Shown here in pieces: positions 1 through 8,227 of a stretch of 32,000 nucleotides of DNA (position 1 is the stretch's first letter; every line of letters starts with the position of its first letter). Location: the NCBI RefSeq assembly GCF_042660085.1, contig NZ_JBHSTI010000008.1:2055604-2087603 (forward strand), read 5' to 3'. A model generated the notes under the pieces. That model was not told the DNA's origin. It did no database searches and worked only from the letters and a program-made list of their open reading frames with translations. The translations under genes and the position numbers were made by a program. This stretch comes from Longivirga aurantiaca. Its GTDB lineage: Bacteria; Actinomycetota; Actinomycetes; S36-B12; CAIYMF01.

Positions 1-421
1 GGCGCGGGGGCAGGAATGCACGAAGACGACGCCACGGGTGACCCGTGCGCCGCGGGGCTCGCGGGAGCCCGAGGTGCCACTGCGTTCGGTCATCGCCAGC
101 TCTCTCTCGTGTCAGGGACGCCTTCCCCAGCGGCCTCACGAGAACCACGAGCACGATCACGAACGCAGGATCACGATAGCCGCTCGCGCCACGCCCGCAC
201 CACCCGCATCGCCGGTACTTCGCAGAACGTGACCGAGCGGGTACATTCGGTGAAGACCGGGTGACCCCCGAACGGGTGTCACCCGTATGGCGCAACTCGG
301 CACGACGGCTTGAGTCCACCTCCCTGCCGTGCCGAGACCATGAATGGACGGCACCGCTCCCGCGGGGCCGCGGGAGAGTGCCGGCGCACGCCGGGACCGT
401 GCACGAGGGGAGGACGTCGTC

Positions 422-850
422 ATGTCGGAGGACAGCGAGATCTTCATGACCGAGATGTACGACGAGGGCGTCGTCACCGAGGTGATCCGCCCGGCCGCGA
501 TCGTGCCCGAGGAGTCGGCGCGGGCCATCCTCGTGGAGCTCGCGCTCCAGGACGTGCAGTACGGCGGCCTCTGGCTGTCGGACCCGTCGCGCTGGGCGCT
601 CTACGACACCCCCTGGGCTGCGGCCGGCCAGCCCGGCGCCTCGCAGCTCATCGGGTCGATCCAGGTCGCCTACGGCACCCCGACCCGGTACGAGATCACC
701 ATCTACCGGGCCACGGTCACGCGCCGCGGCACCGAGCTGGGCTGGTCGGTCTCCTCGCTCTGCGACAAGGCCCTCGGCTACGGCTCGCTCGACCTCGCCA
801 CCTGCCCCCGGGCCTCGCTCACCGCTCCCCCGAAGCCGTTCCACTTCTAG
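422..850 (+). CDS. hypothetical protein, about 142 aa (MSEDSEIFMTEMYDEG...)
   Basis: ORF ending at 850; the internal ATG at 422 is preceded by a GAGGGGAGG ribosome-binding site, so it is preferred over the 344 start. No family recognised. Confidence 0.7.
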   Translation: MSEDSEIFMTEMYDEGVVTEVIRPAAIVPEESARAILVELALQDVQYGGLWLSDPSRWALYDTPWAAAGQPGASQLIGSIQVAYGTPTRYEITIYRATVTRRGTELGWSVSSLCDKALGYGSLDLATCPRASLTAPPKPFHF

Positions 851-853
851 GCG

Positions 854-955
854 TCAGAACCAGGTCGCCCCGAGGAAGACGGCACCGAGCATCGAGCCGA
901 CGACCAGCACGGACACGCCCACGACGACCCACCGGGCTCCCACGCGACTGATCAC
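854..955 (-). CDS. putative leaderless small membrane protein, 33 aa (MISRVGARWVVVGVSVLVVGSMLGAVFLGATWF)
   Basis: GTG start at 953-955, TGA at 854-856, one strongly hydrophobic segment. A TAGGGT hexamer on the minus strand (962-967) sits at -12 to -7 relative to the G of GTG, the spacing expected for a leaderless transcript. Not in the supplied ORF track (below its length cutoff). Confidence 0.4.
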   Translation of the reverse strand: MISRVGARWVVVGVSVLVVGSMLGAVFLGATWF

Positions 956-961
956 GCCACG

Positions 962-967
962 ACCCTA
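962..967 (-). promoter_or_regulatory. candidate -10 hexamer (TAGGGT) for the 33-aa leaderless ORF
   Basis: TAnnnT-type hexamer ending 6 nt before the GTG. Confidence 0.35.
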
Positions 968-1084
968 GGCGACCGGTCGGCCCGCGCCACCCGGGGCACC
1001 CTGCGGGCCCTTCGCCGCCCCTCATACGCGCGGCAGCGGGCGGCTCACACGTTCTTCACAGGATCGGGCACGAGAGTTCCTGTC

Positions 1085-2506
1085 ATGAGCAGCGCCACGG
1101 TCTCCCGCCCGAAGGCCCCGGCACCCCAGCCCGGGGCGCGCCGGACCCGCCGCACCCGCCGCGCCGGCGACGTCTTCGTCGCCCTCGCGGGCGTCGGCCT
1201 CGGGCTCGTGGTCGGCATCCAGGTCGCGACCAGCACCGGCGTGGGCGGCCCCGGCGGCCTGCTCATCGAGCTCTCCCGCTGGGCCGGCCTCGTCGGCACC
1301 TACCTCGCCCTGCTCGTCATCTTCCTCGTCGCCCGCGTGCCCGTCGTCGAGCGGGCCGTGGGCCTCGACCGGATGATCTCCTGGCACCGCAAGCTGGGGC
1401 CGCTGTCGCTGGTGCTGATCGCCGCTCACGTCGTGCTCGTCACCGCGGGCTACGGCGCCTCCGCCGCGACGTCGTACCTCGGGCAGACCTGGATCTTCCT
1501 GTCGGAGTACCCGTGGGTGCTCCCGGCCCTCGCCGGCTTCGTGCTCATGCTCGTCGCCGGCATCACCTCGTGGCGCGTGGCGCGTCGTCGGATGAAGTAC
1601 GAGACCTGGTGGGTCACCCATCTGTACTTCTACCTCGCGATCGCGCTCGCCTACCTGCACCAGATCACCCTCGGCCAGCCGTTCGCCACGCACACCTGGG
1701 CGCGGTGGGCCTGGATCGCCCTCTACCTGGTCACGTTCGTGCCGCTCGTGGTCTTCCGCGTCGCGCTGCCCGTCTGGAGCTCGCTGCGGCACAACCTGAA
1801 GGTGCACGCGGTCGTCCGCGAGAGCGCCGACACGATCAGCGTCTGGGTGAGCGGCCGCAACCTCGCGGCGCTGGACGTGAAGGGCGGCCAGTTCTTCGGC
1901 TGGCGCTTCCTCACCCGCGACCGCTGGTGGCAGTCGCACCCCTACTCGATCTCGATCGGTCCCGACGCCCGCTACCTGCGCATCACGGTGAAGGACCTCG
2001 GCGACCACAGCCGTGGCCTCGCGACCGTGAAGCCCGGCACCCGTGTGGTGGCGGAGGGCCCGTACGGACTGTTCACCGCCGACGAGCGCCGTACAGACCG
2101 CGTGCTGCTCATCGCCGGCGGCGTGGGCATCGCACCGGTCCGGTCGATCCTCGACGACCTGCCCCCGCACGTGCCGGTCGACATCCTGTTCCGCGCCCGC
2201 CGTCCCGAGGGCCTCGTCCTGCGCGACGAGCTCGAGTCGATCGCGCGGTCGCGCCCCGGCGTCCGGCTGCGCTACCTCGTCGGCAGCCGCCGCGAGTACC
2301 CCGTCAACGCCCGCACGCTGCTGCACCTCGTCCCCGACGTCCGCAGCCGTGACATCTACACCTGCGGCCCCGACGCGCTCGTCGAGTCGGTGCGCCACGC
2401 CGCCGAGGTGCTGACGATGCCGTCCGACCAGGTCCACGACGACTCGTTCTCGTTCCACTCCCCCGACCACTACTCGTTCACCACCGCGAAGGAGTCCGTG
2501 CGATGA
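1085..2506 (+). CDS. ferric reductase-like transmembrane oxidoreductase with FAD/NAD(P)-binding C-terminal domain
   Basis: Multi-TM N-terminus, then HPYSIS (FAD-binding type motif), GPYGLF and VLLIAGGVGIAPVRSIL (NAD-binding type) and DIYTCGPDALV motifs. Confidence 0.88.
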   Translation: MSSATVSRPKAPAPQPGARRTRRTRRAGDVFVALAGVGLGLVVGIQVATSTGVGGPGGLLIELSRWAGLVGTYLALLVIFLVARVPVVERAVGLDRMISWHRKLGPLSLVLIAAHVVLVTAGYGASAATSYLGQTWIFLSEYPWVLPALAGFVLMLVAGITSWRVARRRMKYETWWVTHLYFYLAIALAYLHQITLGQPFATHTWARWAWIALYLVTFVPLVVFRVALPVWSSLRHNLKVHAVVRESADTISVWVSGRNLAALDVKGGQFFGWRFLTRDRWWQSHPYSISIGPDARYLRITVKDLGDHSRGLATVKPGTRVVAEGPYGLFTADERRTDRVLLIAGGVGIAPVRSILDDLPPHVPVDILFRARRPEGLVLRDELESIARSRPGVRLRYLVGSRREYPVNARTLLHLVPDVRSRDIYTCGPDALVESVRHAAEVLTMPSDQVHDDSFSFHSPDHYSFTTAKESVR

Positions 2507-3006
2507 AGCGCGCGATGCTCGTCGGCGGAGGCACCCTCGCAGGTGTCGCGGCCGTCCTCGCCCTCAACCCCGACGCCACCGGCACCGCGACGGCGTCCTC
2601 GGCCCACTCCTCGGTCTCGGCGGGCACGACGTCCGGCTCCACCGGCACCGGCACCTCGGGCTCGTCGTCGTCGCGCTCGTCGTCCTCGGGCTCGTCGTCG
2701 TCGGGTTCCACGACGGCCGCCGACGGCACCTACACCGGCGACGTCGTCGACGTCGGGCAGGGCTACGGCAACGTGCAGGTCGAGATCACCGTCGCCGGCG
2801 GCCGCATCGTCGACGTGACGGCGCTCGAGACGCCGCAGAACGACCGGCGCAGCTCCCAGATCAGCAGCGTCGCGATCCCCTACCTCGTCGACCAGGCCCT
2901 CACCGCCCAGAGCGCGGACGTGGCCGGCGTGAGCGGCGCGACGTACACCTCCGGGGGCTTCGCGTCGTCGTTGAAGTCGGCCCTCGTCGCGGCAGGCCTC
3001 GCATGA
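2503..3006 (+). CDS. FMN-binding domain protein, membrane-anchored, with Ser/Gly-rich linker
   Basis: N-terminal hydrophobic segment, low-complexity SGSTGTGTSGSSSSRSSSSG linker, then DGTYTGDVVDVGQGYGNVQVEITVAGGRI... and the flavinylation motif SGATYT (2932-2949). ATGA overlap with the upstream gene. Confidence 0.87.
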   Translation: MKRAMLVGGGTLAGVAAVLALNPDATGTATASSAHSSVSAGTTSGSTGTGTSGSSSSRSSSSGSSSSGSTTAADGTYTGDVVDVGQGYGNVQVEITVAGGRIVDVTALETPQNDRRSSQISSVAIPYLVDQALTAQSADVAGVSGATYTSGGFASSLKSALVAAGLA

Positions 3007-3809
3007 CCACGGCACTGATCCCCGGCACGGTGCGCACGCGCCTCGAGCACGTGTGGAGCACGGTCGTCACGCTCGACGTCCGCGACGAGCACGCGACCGA
3101 CACCGGCGTCGACGCGGCGTGGCGGTCCGTCGTCGCCGAGCTGCACCGGATCGACCGTGTGTTCTCGACCTTCCGCGACGACAGCGTCATCTCGCGGCTG
3201 CGCCGCGGCGGCAAGCAGGTCGTGGCCGACGACGTCGCCGAGGTGATCGACCGCTGCCTCGAGGCCCGCCGTCTCACCGACGGCGCCTTCGACCCGTGGG
3301 CCGCACCCGGCGGCTTCGACCCGAGCGGCCTCGTCAAGGGCTGGGCCGCCGACCGCTGCGCCGACATCGTGCGCCAGCACGGCTTCCCCTCGTTCACCCT
3401 CGATGCCGCAGGCGACCTCGCCTGCCGCGGCAGCATCCCCGGCTCGACCGAGCACCTCGGGTGGCCGATCGGGATCACGCATCCGGACGACCCGCTGGCC
3501 GTCGCGGCCGTGGTCGACGTGCGCGACTCCGCGATCGCGACCTCGGGCGTGAGCCAGCGCGGCGAGCACGTGCTCGACCCGCGCACCGGCGAGGCCGCAC
3601 GCGGCGCCCGGCAGGCGACCGTGGTCGGCACCGACGCCGCCCTCGCCGATGCGCTCGCCACCGCGCTGCTCGTCGAGGGCCGGGATGGCGCGCGCTGGTT
3701 CTCCGCACTGCCAGGATGGTCCGCGTACGTCGTCGACGGCGGCACCACGACCGCGTGGGGACCTGCCTTCACGACGTCCATCCCCAGCCCGGGGGGCGAG
3801 GAGCGATGA
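3003..3809 (+). CDS. apbE: FAD:protein FMN transferase (ApbE family)
   Basis: DRVFSTFRDDSVISRLRR, FDPWAAPGGFDPSGLVKGWAADR, DAAGDLACRGS and STSGVSQRGEHVLDPRTGE-type blocks characteristic of ApbE (here IATSGVSQRGEHVLDPRTGEAA). Adjacent to its likely FMN-binding substrate. Confidence 0.9.
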   Translation: MTTALIPGTVRTRLEHVWSTVVTLDVRDEHATDTGVDAAWRSVVAELHRIDRVFSTFRDDSVISRLRRGGKQVVADDVAEVIDRCLEARRLTDGAFDPWAAPGGFDPSGLVKGWAADRCADIVRQHGFPSFTLDAAGDLACRGSIPGSTEHLGWPIGITHPDDPLAVAAVVDVRDSAIATSGVSQRGEHVLDPRTGEAARGARQATVVGTDAALADALATALLVEGRDGARWFSALPGWSAYVVDGGTTTAWGPAFTTSIPSPGGEER

Positions 3810-4573
3810 CGATGACCGGCACGATCCGCAGCGACGACGCCGACCTGCCGCAGAGCTATCTGCGCGCGGCCGACGGCGTGCCGCCCGTGCGCGTGCTCGT
3901 GGTGGACGACGAGCCCGATCTCGCCGACCTCGTCTCGACCGCGCTGCGCTTCGACGGCTGCCGCACCGCGACCGCGGGCGACGCCGACGAGGCGATGCGC
4001 GTGGCGCGCGACCTGCGCCCGGACATCGCCGTCCTCGACATGATGCTTCCCGGTGACGACGGCGTGACCCTGCTGGGCCGCCTGCGCGCAGAGCACCCCG
4101 ATCTGCCCGCGGTGTTCCTGACCGCACGCGGCGACACCCGCGACCGCATCGCCGGCCTCCGCGCCGGCGCCGACGACTACATCGCCAAGCCGTTCAGCCT
4201 CGAGGAGCTCCTCGCACGGCTGCAGGCCGTGCTCCGACGCACCGGCCGGCTCGACGAGCGCGGCGCGGTCCTCACCGTCGCCGACCTCACCCTGGACGAG
4301 CTGACCCGCGAGGTCCGTCGGGCAGGCGAGCTGGTCGACCTGACGCCGACCGAGTTCGACCTGCTGCGCTTCCTCATGCAGAACGCGCGCACCGTCGTCA
4401 GCAAGTCGCAGATCCTCGACCGCGTGTGGCACTACGACTTCGCCGGTCGCAGCAACATCGTCGAGCAGTACGTCGGCTACCTGCGCAAGAAGGTCGACTC
4501 CGACCGCGAGCCGCTGATCCACACCGTGCGCGGCGTCGGCTACGTCCTGCGCGCACCACGGGCGGGCGACTGA
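3806..4573 (+). CDS. OmpR/PhoB-family DNA-binding response regulator
   Basis: Receiver domain (VRVLVVDDEPDLADLV, DIAVLDMMLPGDDG, FLTARGD, ADDYIAKPFS) and winged helix (LTPTEFDLLRFLMQNARTVVSKSQILDRVW, VEQYVGYLRKKVD). Start ATG 3806 gives a 4-nt overlap with the upstream gene. Confidence 0.95.
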   Translation: MTMTGTIRSDDADLPQSYLRAADGVPPVRVLVVDDEPDLADLVSTALRFDGCRTATAGDADEAMRVARDLRPDIAVLDMMLPGDDGVTLLGRLRAEHPDLPAVFLTARGDTRDRIAGLRAGADDYIAKPFSLEELLARLQAVLRRTGRLDERGAVLTVADLTLDELTREVRRAGELVDLTPTEFDLLRFLMQNARTVVSKSQILDRVWHYDFAGRSNIVEQYVGYLRKKVDSDREPLIHTVRGVGYVLRAPRAGD

Positions 4574-4575
4574 CC

Positions 4576-6174
4576 ATGTCCCCCACGCCCGACGTCGACC
4601 TGCCCGGCACCGAGGTGCCAGCCGCTCAGGCGGAGCCGGCGTCCGCCGTGCCCACACGGGCACGGCCGACCCGATGGGCATCCATGACGCTGTCACGGCG
4701 CCTCGTGATCGGCCTCGTGGCGGTGACCGCGGTGACGCTCGTGGTCGTGGCGGCTGCGACCTTCCTCGCCCTGCGGTCGTGGACCGTGCAGCAGCTCGAC
4801 AACGCGCTCATGCAGCCCAAGCTCGCCGCCACGGTCGACGGCGACCGCGACGGACGCGGAGGGAACGCACGAGACCTCATCCGCGCATGGGACATCAACG
4901 GCGCCACCGTCGTGCTCCTCGCCGGGGGCACCGCCACCCCGCTGCAGGGTGGGATCCCCGGCGGCGCGCAGCCCGAGCCGTGGTCGGCGGCCGACGCCGC
5001 CGTGCTCGCCACCGTGCCCACCGACCTCGGCGCCACTCCCGTCACCGTCGACCTCGAGGCGCTCGGCGACAGCCGGGCCGTCGCGGTCCCGGGCACCATC
5101 AACGGCACAGCCGTCACCTTCGTGGCCGTCACGCCGCTGTCGCGGGCGCAGGGCGTGGCCAACCGCCTCCTGCTCGTCGAGGTCATCGCCGTGACGTTCG
5201 CCGTCCTCCTCGTCGCCTTCGCCGGCACGTGGTTCGTGCGCCGCGAGCTGCGGCCGCTGCGTCGCGTGGCCGAGACGGCGAGCGAGGTCGCCTCCCTCCC
5301 CCTCGGCCGCGGCGACGTCGTGATCCCGGGGCGTGTCGAGGACGCCACGTCCACGACCGAGGTCGGCCAGGTCGGCCTGGCGGTCAACGCGATGCTCGAC
5401 CACGTCGAGACCTCGCTGCGCACGCGCGCCGAGACCGAGGACCGTCTGCGCCGCTTCGTCTCCGATGCCGGTCACGAGCTGCGCACGCCGCTCGCGTCGG
5501 TCCGCGGGTACGCCGAGCTCATGCGCCGCGGCGCGGCCACCGACCCCGAGGCGGCGGCCCAGGCCGCGGCGCGCATCGAGGCCGCCGCGTCCCGCATGGG
5601 CCTGCTCGTCGAGGACCTGCTGCTGCTCGCGTCGCTGGACGAGGAGCGCCCGCTCTCGCAGGACCGCCTCGAGCTCGGGCCGCTCGTGGCCGACGCCGTC
5701 GCCGAGGTCAGCGCCACCGCGCTCGACCACGTGTGGGCCGCCGACGTCCCCGAGGAGCTCGTGCCGGTCGCGGTCATCGGGGACGCCTCTCGCCTGCACC
5801 AGGCCGTCGCGAACCTGCTCGCCAACGCCCGCGCACACACACCGGCCGGCACGCACGTGACCGCGGTGGTCGGCCGCGACAGCGCGACCGCCTGGGTCGA
5901 GGTCCGCGACGACGGCCCCGGCTTCCCGGAGGACCTCATCCCGCGGGCCACCGAGCGGTTCGCGCGCGGCGACTACAGCCGCTCACGCGCCACCGGCGGA
6001 AGCGGACTCGGCCTCGCGATCGTCAAGGCCGTCGCGGAGGCCCACGGCGGCACGCTCACGGTCGGCAACGCGGCCGAGGGCTCAGGGGCCGTCGTACGGC
6101 TCACCCTGCCGCTGGCGCCGGGCGGCACCATCGAGGTCGTGCCGCCGCTCACCGACACCCCCGCCACCGTCTGA
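4576..6174 (+). CDS. sensor histidine kinase (HAMP, HisKA, HATPase_c)
   Basis: Two TM segments, FVSDAGHELRTPLASVRGYAELMRRG phosphoacceptor, N box NLLANARAHTPAG, DDGPGFP and GGSGLGLAIVKAVAEAHGG. Confidence 0.95.
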   Translation: MSPTPDVDLPGTEVPAAQAEPASAVPTRARPTRWASMTLSRRLVIGLVAVTAVTLVVVAAATFLALRSWTVQQLDNALMQPKLAATVDGDRDGRGGNARDLIRAWDINGATVVLLAGGTATPLQGGIPGGAQPEPWSAADAAVLATVPTDLGATPVTVDLEALGDSRAVAVPGTINGTAVTFVAVTPLSRAQGVANRLLLVEVIAVTFAVLLVAFAGTWFVRRELRPLRRVAETASEVASLPLGRGDVVIPGRVEDATSTTEVGQVGLAVNAMLDHVETSLRTRAETEDRLRRFVSDAGHELRTPLASVRGYAELMRRGAATDPEAAAQAAARIEAAASRMGLLVEDLLLLASLDEERPLSQDRLELGPLVADAVAEVSATALDHVWAADVPEELVPVAVIGDASRLHQAVANLLANARAHTPAGTHVTAVVGRDSATAWVEVRDDGPGFPEDLIPRATERFARGDYSRSRATGGSGLGLAIVKAVAEAHGGTLTVGNAAEGSGAVVRLTLPLAPGGTIEVVPPLTDTPATV

Positions 6175-6259
6175 CCCGTCCTGCGAAGGGTTCGCAGCGG
6201 CGGTCTCGGAGTGCGGACCGGGGTGGCACGGGTGGCCGCGACCTCCGTACCCTCGGCGC

Positions 6260-6328
6260 GTGATCTCCTCGGCGACCTCCACCGCGCACGCGCTGCGCGG
6301 CGTCGCCTGTTGTCGCTGTCTCGGCTGA
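6260..6328 (+). CDS. Cys-rich leader peptide, 22 aa (MISSATSTAHALRGVACCRCLG), probably leaderless
   Basis: GTG start 6260, TGA 6326-6328, Cys codons TGT TGT CGC TGT at 6308-6319. A TACCCT hexamer at 6248-6253 sits exactly at -12 to -7 relative to the GTG. Located directly upstream of a cysteine-dioxygenase-like gene. Resembles cysteine-responsive Cys-rich leader ORFs known in actinobacteria. Confidence 0.7.
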   Translation: MISSATSTAHALRGVACCRCLG

Positions 6329-6365
6329 CGCCGCCCGGCCTCGGGTACGGCGTCCCCTCGACGCC
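6299..6365 (+). promoter_or_regulatory. candidate cysteine-responsive attenuator with four alternating pairing elements
   Basis: GGCGTC 6299-6304, GACGCC 6327-6332, GGCGTC 6349-6354, GACGCC 6360-6365. The 2:3 hairpin extends to GACGCCG-CCCG/gcct/CGGG-TA-CGGCGTC (6327-6354). Confidence 0.5.
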
Positions 6366-6394
6366 CTGACCGCCCGACACCGGAAGACACGACC

Positions 6395-6826
6395 ATGACC
6401 ACGCTGCAGCACCACATCCTCGACCACCTCCGCGGCACCGACGACGCCCGCACCGTCGTCCGGGTGGTCGCCGACCACCGCGACCTCTGGGCCGCCCACG
6501 TCCGCTTCGACCCGGCGGCGCCGCACCACGCGACCGTCTGGGCCGACGACCGCTGGGAGGTGAGCGTCGGCGCCTGGCTGCCCGGCCAGCGCAGCGGGAG
6601 CCACCACCACGTCGGACGCCCGGGCGCGCTGCTGGTGCTGCAGGGCGCCCTGCGCGAGACCACCTGGCACGTGGCCACCGACGGGCCGGCCCCCGGACGT
6701 CGGACCGCCGTCGCCCGCGTGCACAGCACCGGTGGTCTGCGCACCCACGGCACCGTGCACGTGCACGACGTCGCCGCAGAGGGCTCGGACCCCGTCGTCG
6801 CGCTGCAGGTCCACGCGCGCCCCTGA
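6395..6826 (+). CDS. cysteine dioxygenase-like cupin protein
   Basis: Cupin pattern WLPGQRSGSHHHVGRPGALLVLQGALRETTW ... LRTHGTVHVHDVAAEG; about 143 aa. Confidence 0.72.
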   Translation: MTTLQHHILDHLRGTDDARTVVRVVADHRDLWAAHVRFDPAAPHHATVWADDRWEVSVGAWLPGQRSGSHHHVGRPGALLVLQGALRETTWHVATDGPAPGRRTAVARVHSTGGLRTHGTVHVHDVAAEGSDPVVALQVHARP

Positions 6827-6832
6827 CACGCG

Positions 6833-6865
6833 ACGACGCCCCCGGCCGAGGGCCGGGGGCGTCGT
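6833..6865. terminator. strong hairpin between convergent genes, likely bidirectional terminator
   Basis: Perfect 15-bp inverted repeat ACGACGCCCCCGGCC / GGCCGGGGGCGTCGT with GAG loop, between gene ends at 6826 (+) and 6879 (-). Confidence 0.8.
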
Positions 6866-6878
6866 GGTGCGGGCGCGG

Positions 6879-7526
6879 TCAGTGCGCCAGCGGCGGGAGG
6901 TCGATCGGACGCAGCACGCGGTCGATGCCGTGCGCGACCTGCTTGTTGAACTTGTTGATGTCGACCTGCGACAGGATCACGCGGGCGTTGCGCGAGTTCT
7001 TGTCCTTGTCCCAGAGCGAGATCTCGGGGCCGGCGTACACCGCGACGGCGAGCGTGCCGCCCTGCGCGGTCTTCAGCACGGCGCCGTTGGCCTTCACCGC
7101 GGCCGACGAGTAGATCGTGGCGCCGGGGACGACGTGGTACAGCAGCACGGCCTCGACGGTGGGGATGCCCAGCTTCGCGACCGCGTTGAAGATCTGCTTC
7201 TCCGAGATCGGCGCGATACCGGTGAGGTCCTTCACCAGCAGACGGAACGCCTGGTCGTTCGGGATGAACGCGGTGAGGGCGACCGTGCCGTCGGTGAGGA
7301 CCTTGACCTTGCTGTTCGGCTTCGCCGCGAGCACCGCGAGGACCGCCTGGGTGACGATGTCGTAGTCCTTGGCGTTGGAGTCGAACGTGCCGCCACCGTT
7401 GGCGGTGAGCACCGCGGCGAGCGAGCGCTGGCCCTGGGCCTGCGCCGCGGGGGCGGTGAGCGCGATGCCGGAGACGCCGAGGGCGGCGGCCGCGGCAACA
7501 GCCGCGACGCGGGTACGGAGCTTCAT
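6879..7526 (-). CDS. secreted fasciclin-domain protein
   Basis: Signal peptide MKLRTRVAAVAAAAALGVSGIALTAPAAQAQ; FIPNDQAFRLL, LLYHVVPGATIYSS and HGIDRVLRPIDLPPLA motifs. Confidence 0.85.
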   Translation of the reverse strand: MKLRTRVAAVAAAAALGVSGIALTAPAAQAQGQRSLAAVLTANGGGTFDSNAKDYDIVTQAVLAVLAAKPNSKVKVLTDGTVALTAFIPNDQAFRLLVKDLTGIAPISEKQIFNAVAKLGIPTVEAVLLYHVVPGATIYSSAAVKANGAVLKTAQGGTLAVAVYAGPEISLWDKDKNSRNARVILSQVDINKFNKQVAHGIDRVLRPIDLPPLAH

Positions 7527-7687
7527 GTCTCTCCCGGATGTGAGGTCCGGCGATCCGGACGACTGCCCCTACTTCCGCCCGCGGCCCCCGCCTGGATGCA
7601 GCCCCGGCGAGGAATCTTGCGACGGGTGTCGGAGGGGGCGGCCAGGATGGCCGGAGCACCGCCCTCCCCGCACTGTCAGGAGCAGCC

Positions 7688-8206
7688 ATGAGCTGGACCG
7701 CGCCGCAGATCGAGCGCACCGAGCCGCCGTACGTCTGCGACGAGCGCACCGCGCTCGAAGCCTGGTTGCGGTTCCACCGCGAGACGCTGCTCTGGAAGTG
7801 CCAGGGCCTCAGCCACGAGCAGCTCTCGACGCGCGCCGTGCCGCCGTCGGGCATGTCCCTGCTCGGCCTCGTCCGGCACATGACCGACGTCGAACGGTGG
7901 TGGTTCCGCACCCACCTGCGCGGCGAGCAGGTCGAAGGGCCGTTCGGTCCGACGGCCAACCCCAGCGGCGACTTCGACGACCTCGACTCGATGCCGGCCG
8001 AGGAGGTGTGGCAGGCGTACCAGGCCGAGTGCGCCGCAGCCGACGCTGCCACGGCCGGCCTGTCGCTCGACACGACCTTCACGCACCGGCGCCACGGCGC
8101 CATCGACCTGCGCTGGCTCTACGTCCACATGATCGAGGAGTACGCCCGGCACAACGGGCACGCCGACCTCCTGCGCGAACTCGTGGACGGCGCCACGGGC
8201 GACTGA
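7688..8206 (+). CDS. DinB-family protein (DUF664-like)
   Basis: LRFHRETLLWKCQGLSHEQLSTRAVPPSGMSLLGLVRHMTDVERWWFR, and HMIEEYARHNGHADLLRELVDG at the C-terminus. Confidence 0.88.
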   Translation: MSWTAPQIERTEPPYVCDERTALEAWLRFHRETLLWKCQGLSHEQLSTRAVPPSGMSLLGLVRHMTDVERWWFRTHLRGEQVEGPFGPTANPSGDFDDLDSMPAEEVWQAYQAECAAADAATAGLSLDTTFTHRRHGAIDLRWLYVHMIEEYARHNGHADLLRELVDGATGD

Positions 8207-8227
8207 CGGGCAGGGCAGGATCGGGTC

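Noticed and set aside
1022-2470. Long antisense ORF (482 aa) opposite the ferric-reductase-like gene
   Set aside because: High-GC shadow ORF: His/Arg/Asp/Gly-rich composition, no recognisable motifs, fully overlapped by a convincing coding gene.
2661-2750. TCG/TCC-rich low-complexity tract
   Set aside because: Explained by the Ser/Gly linker codons of the FMN-binding protein.
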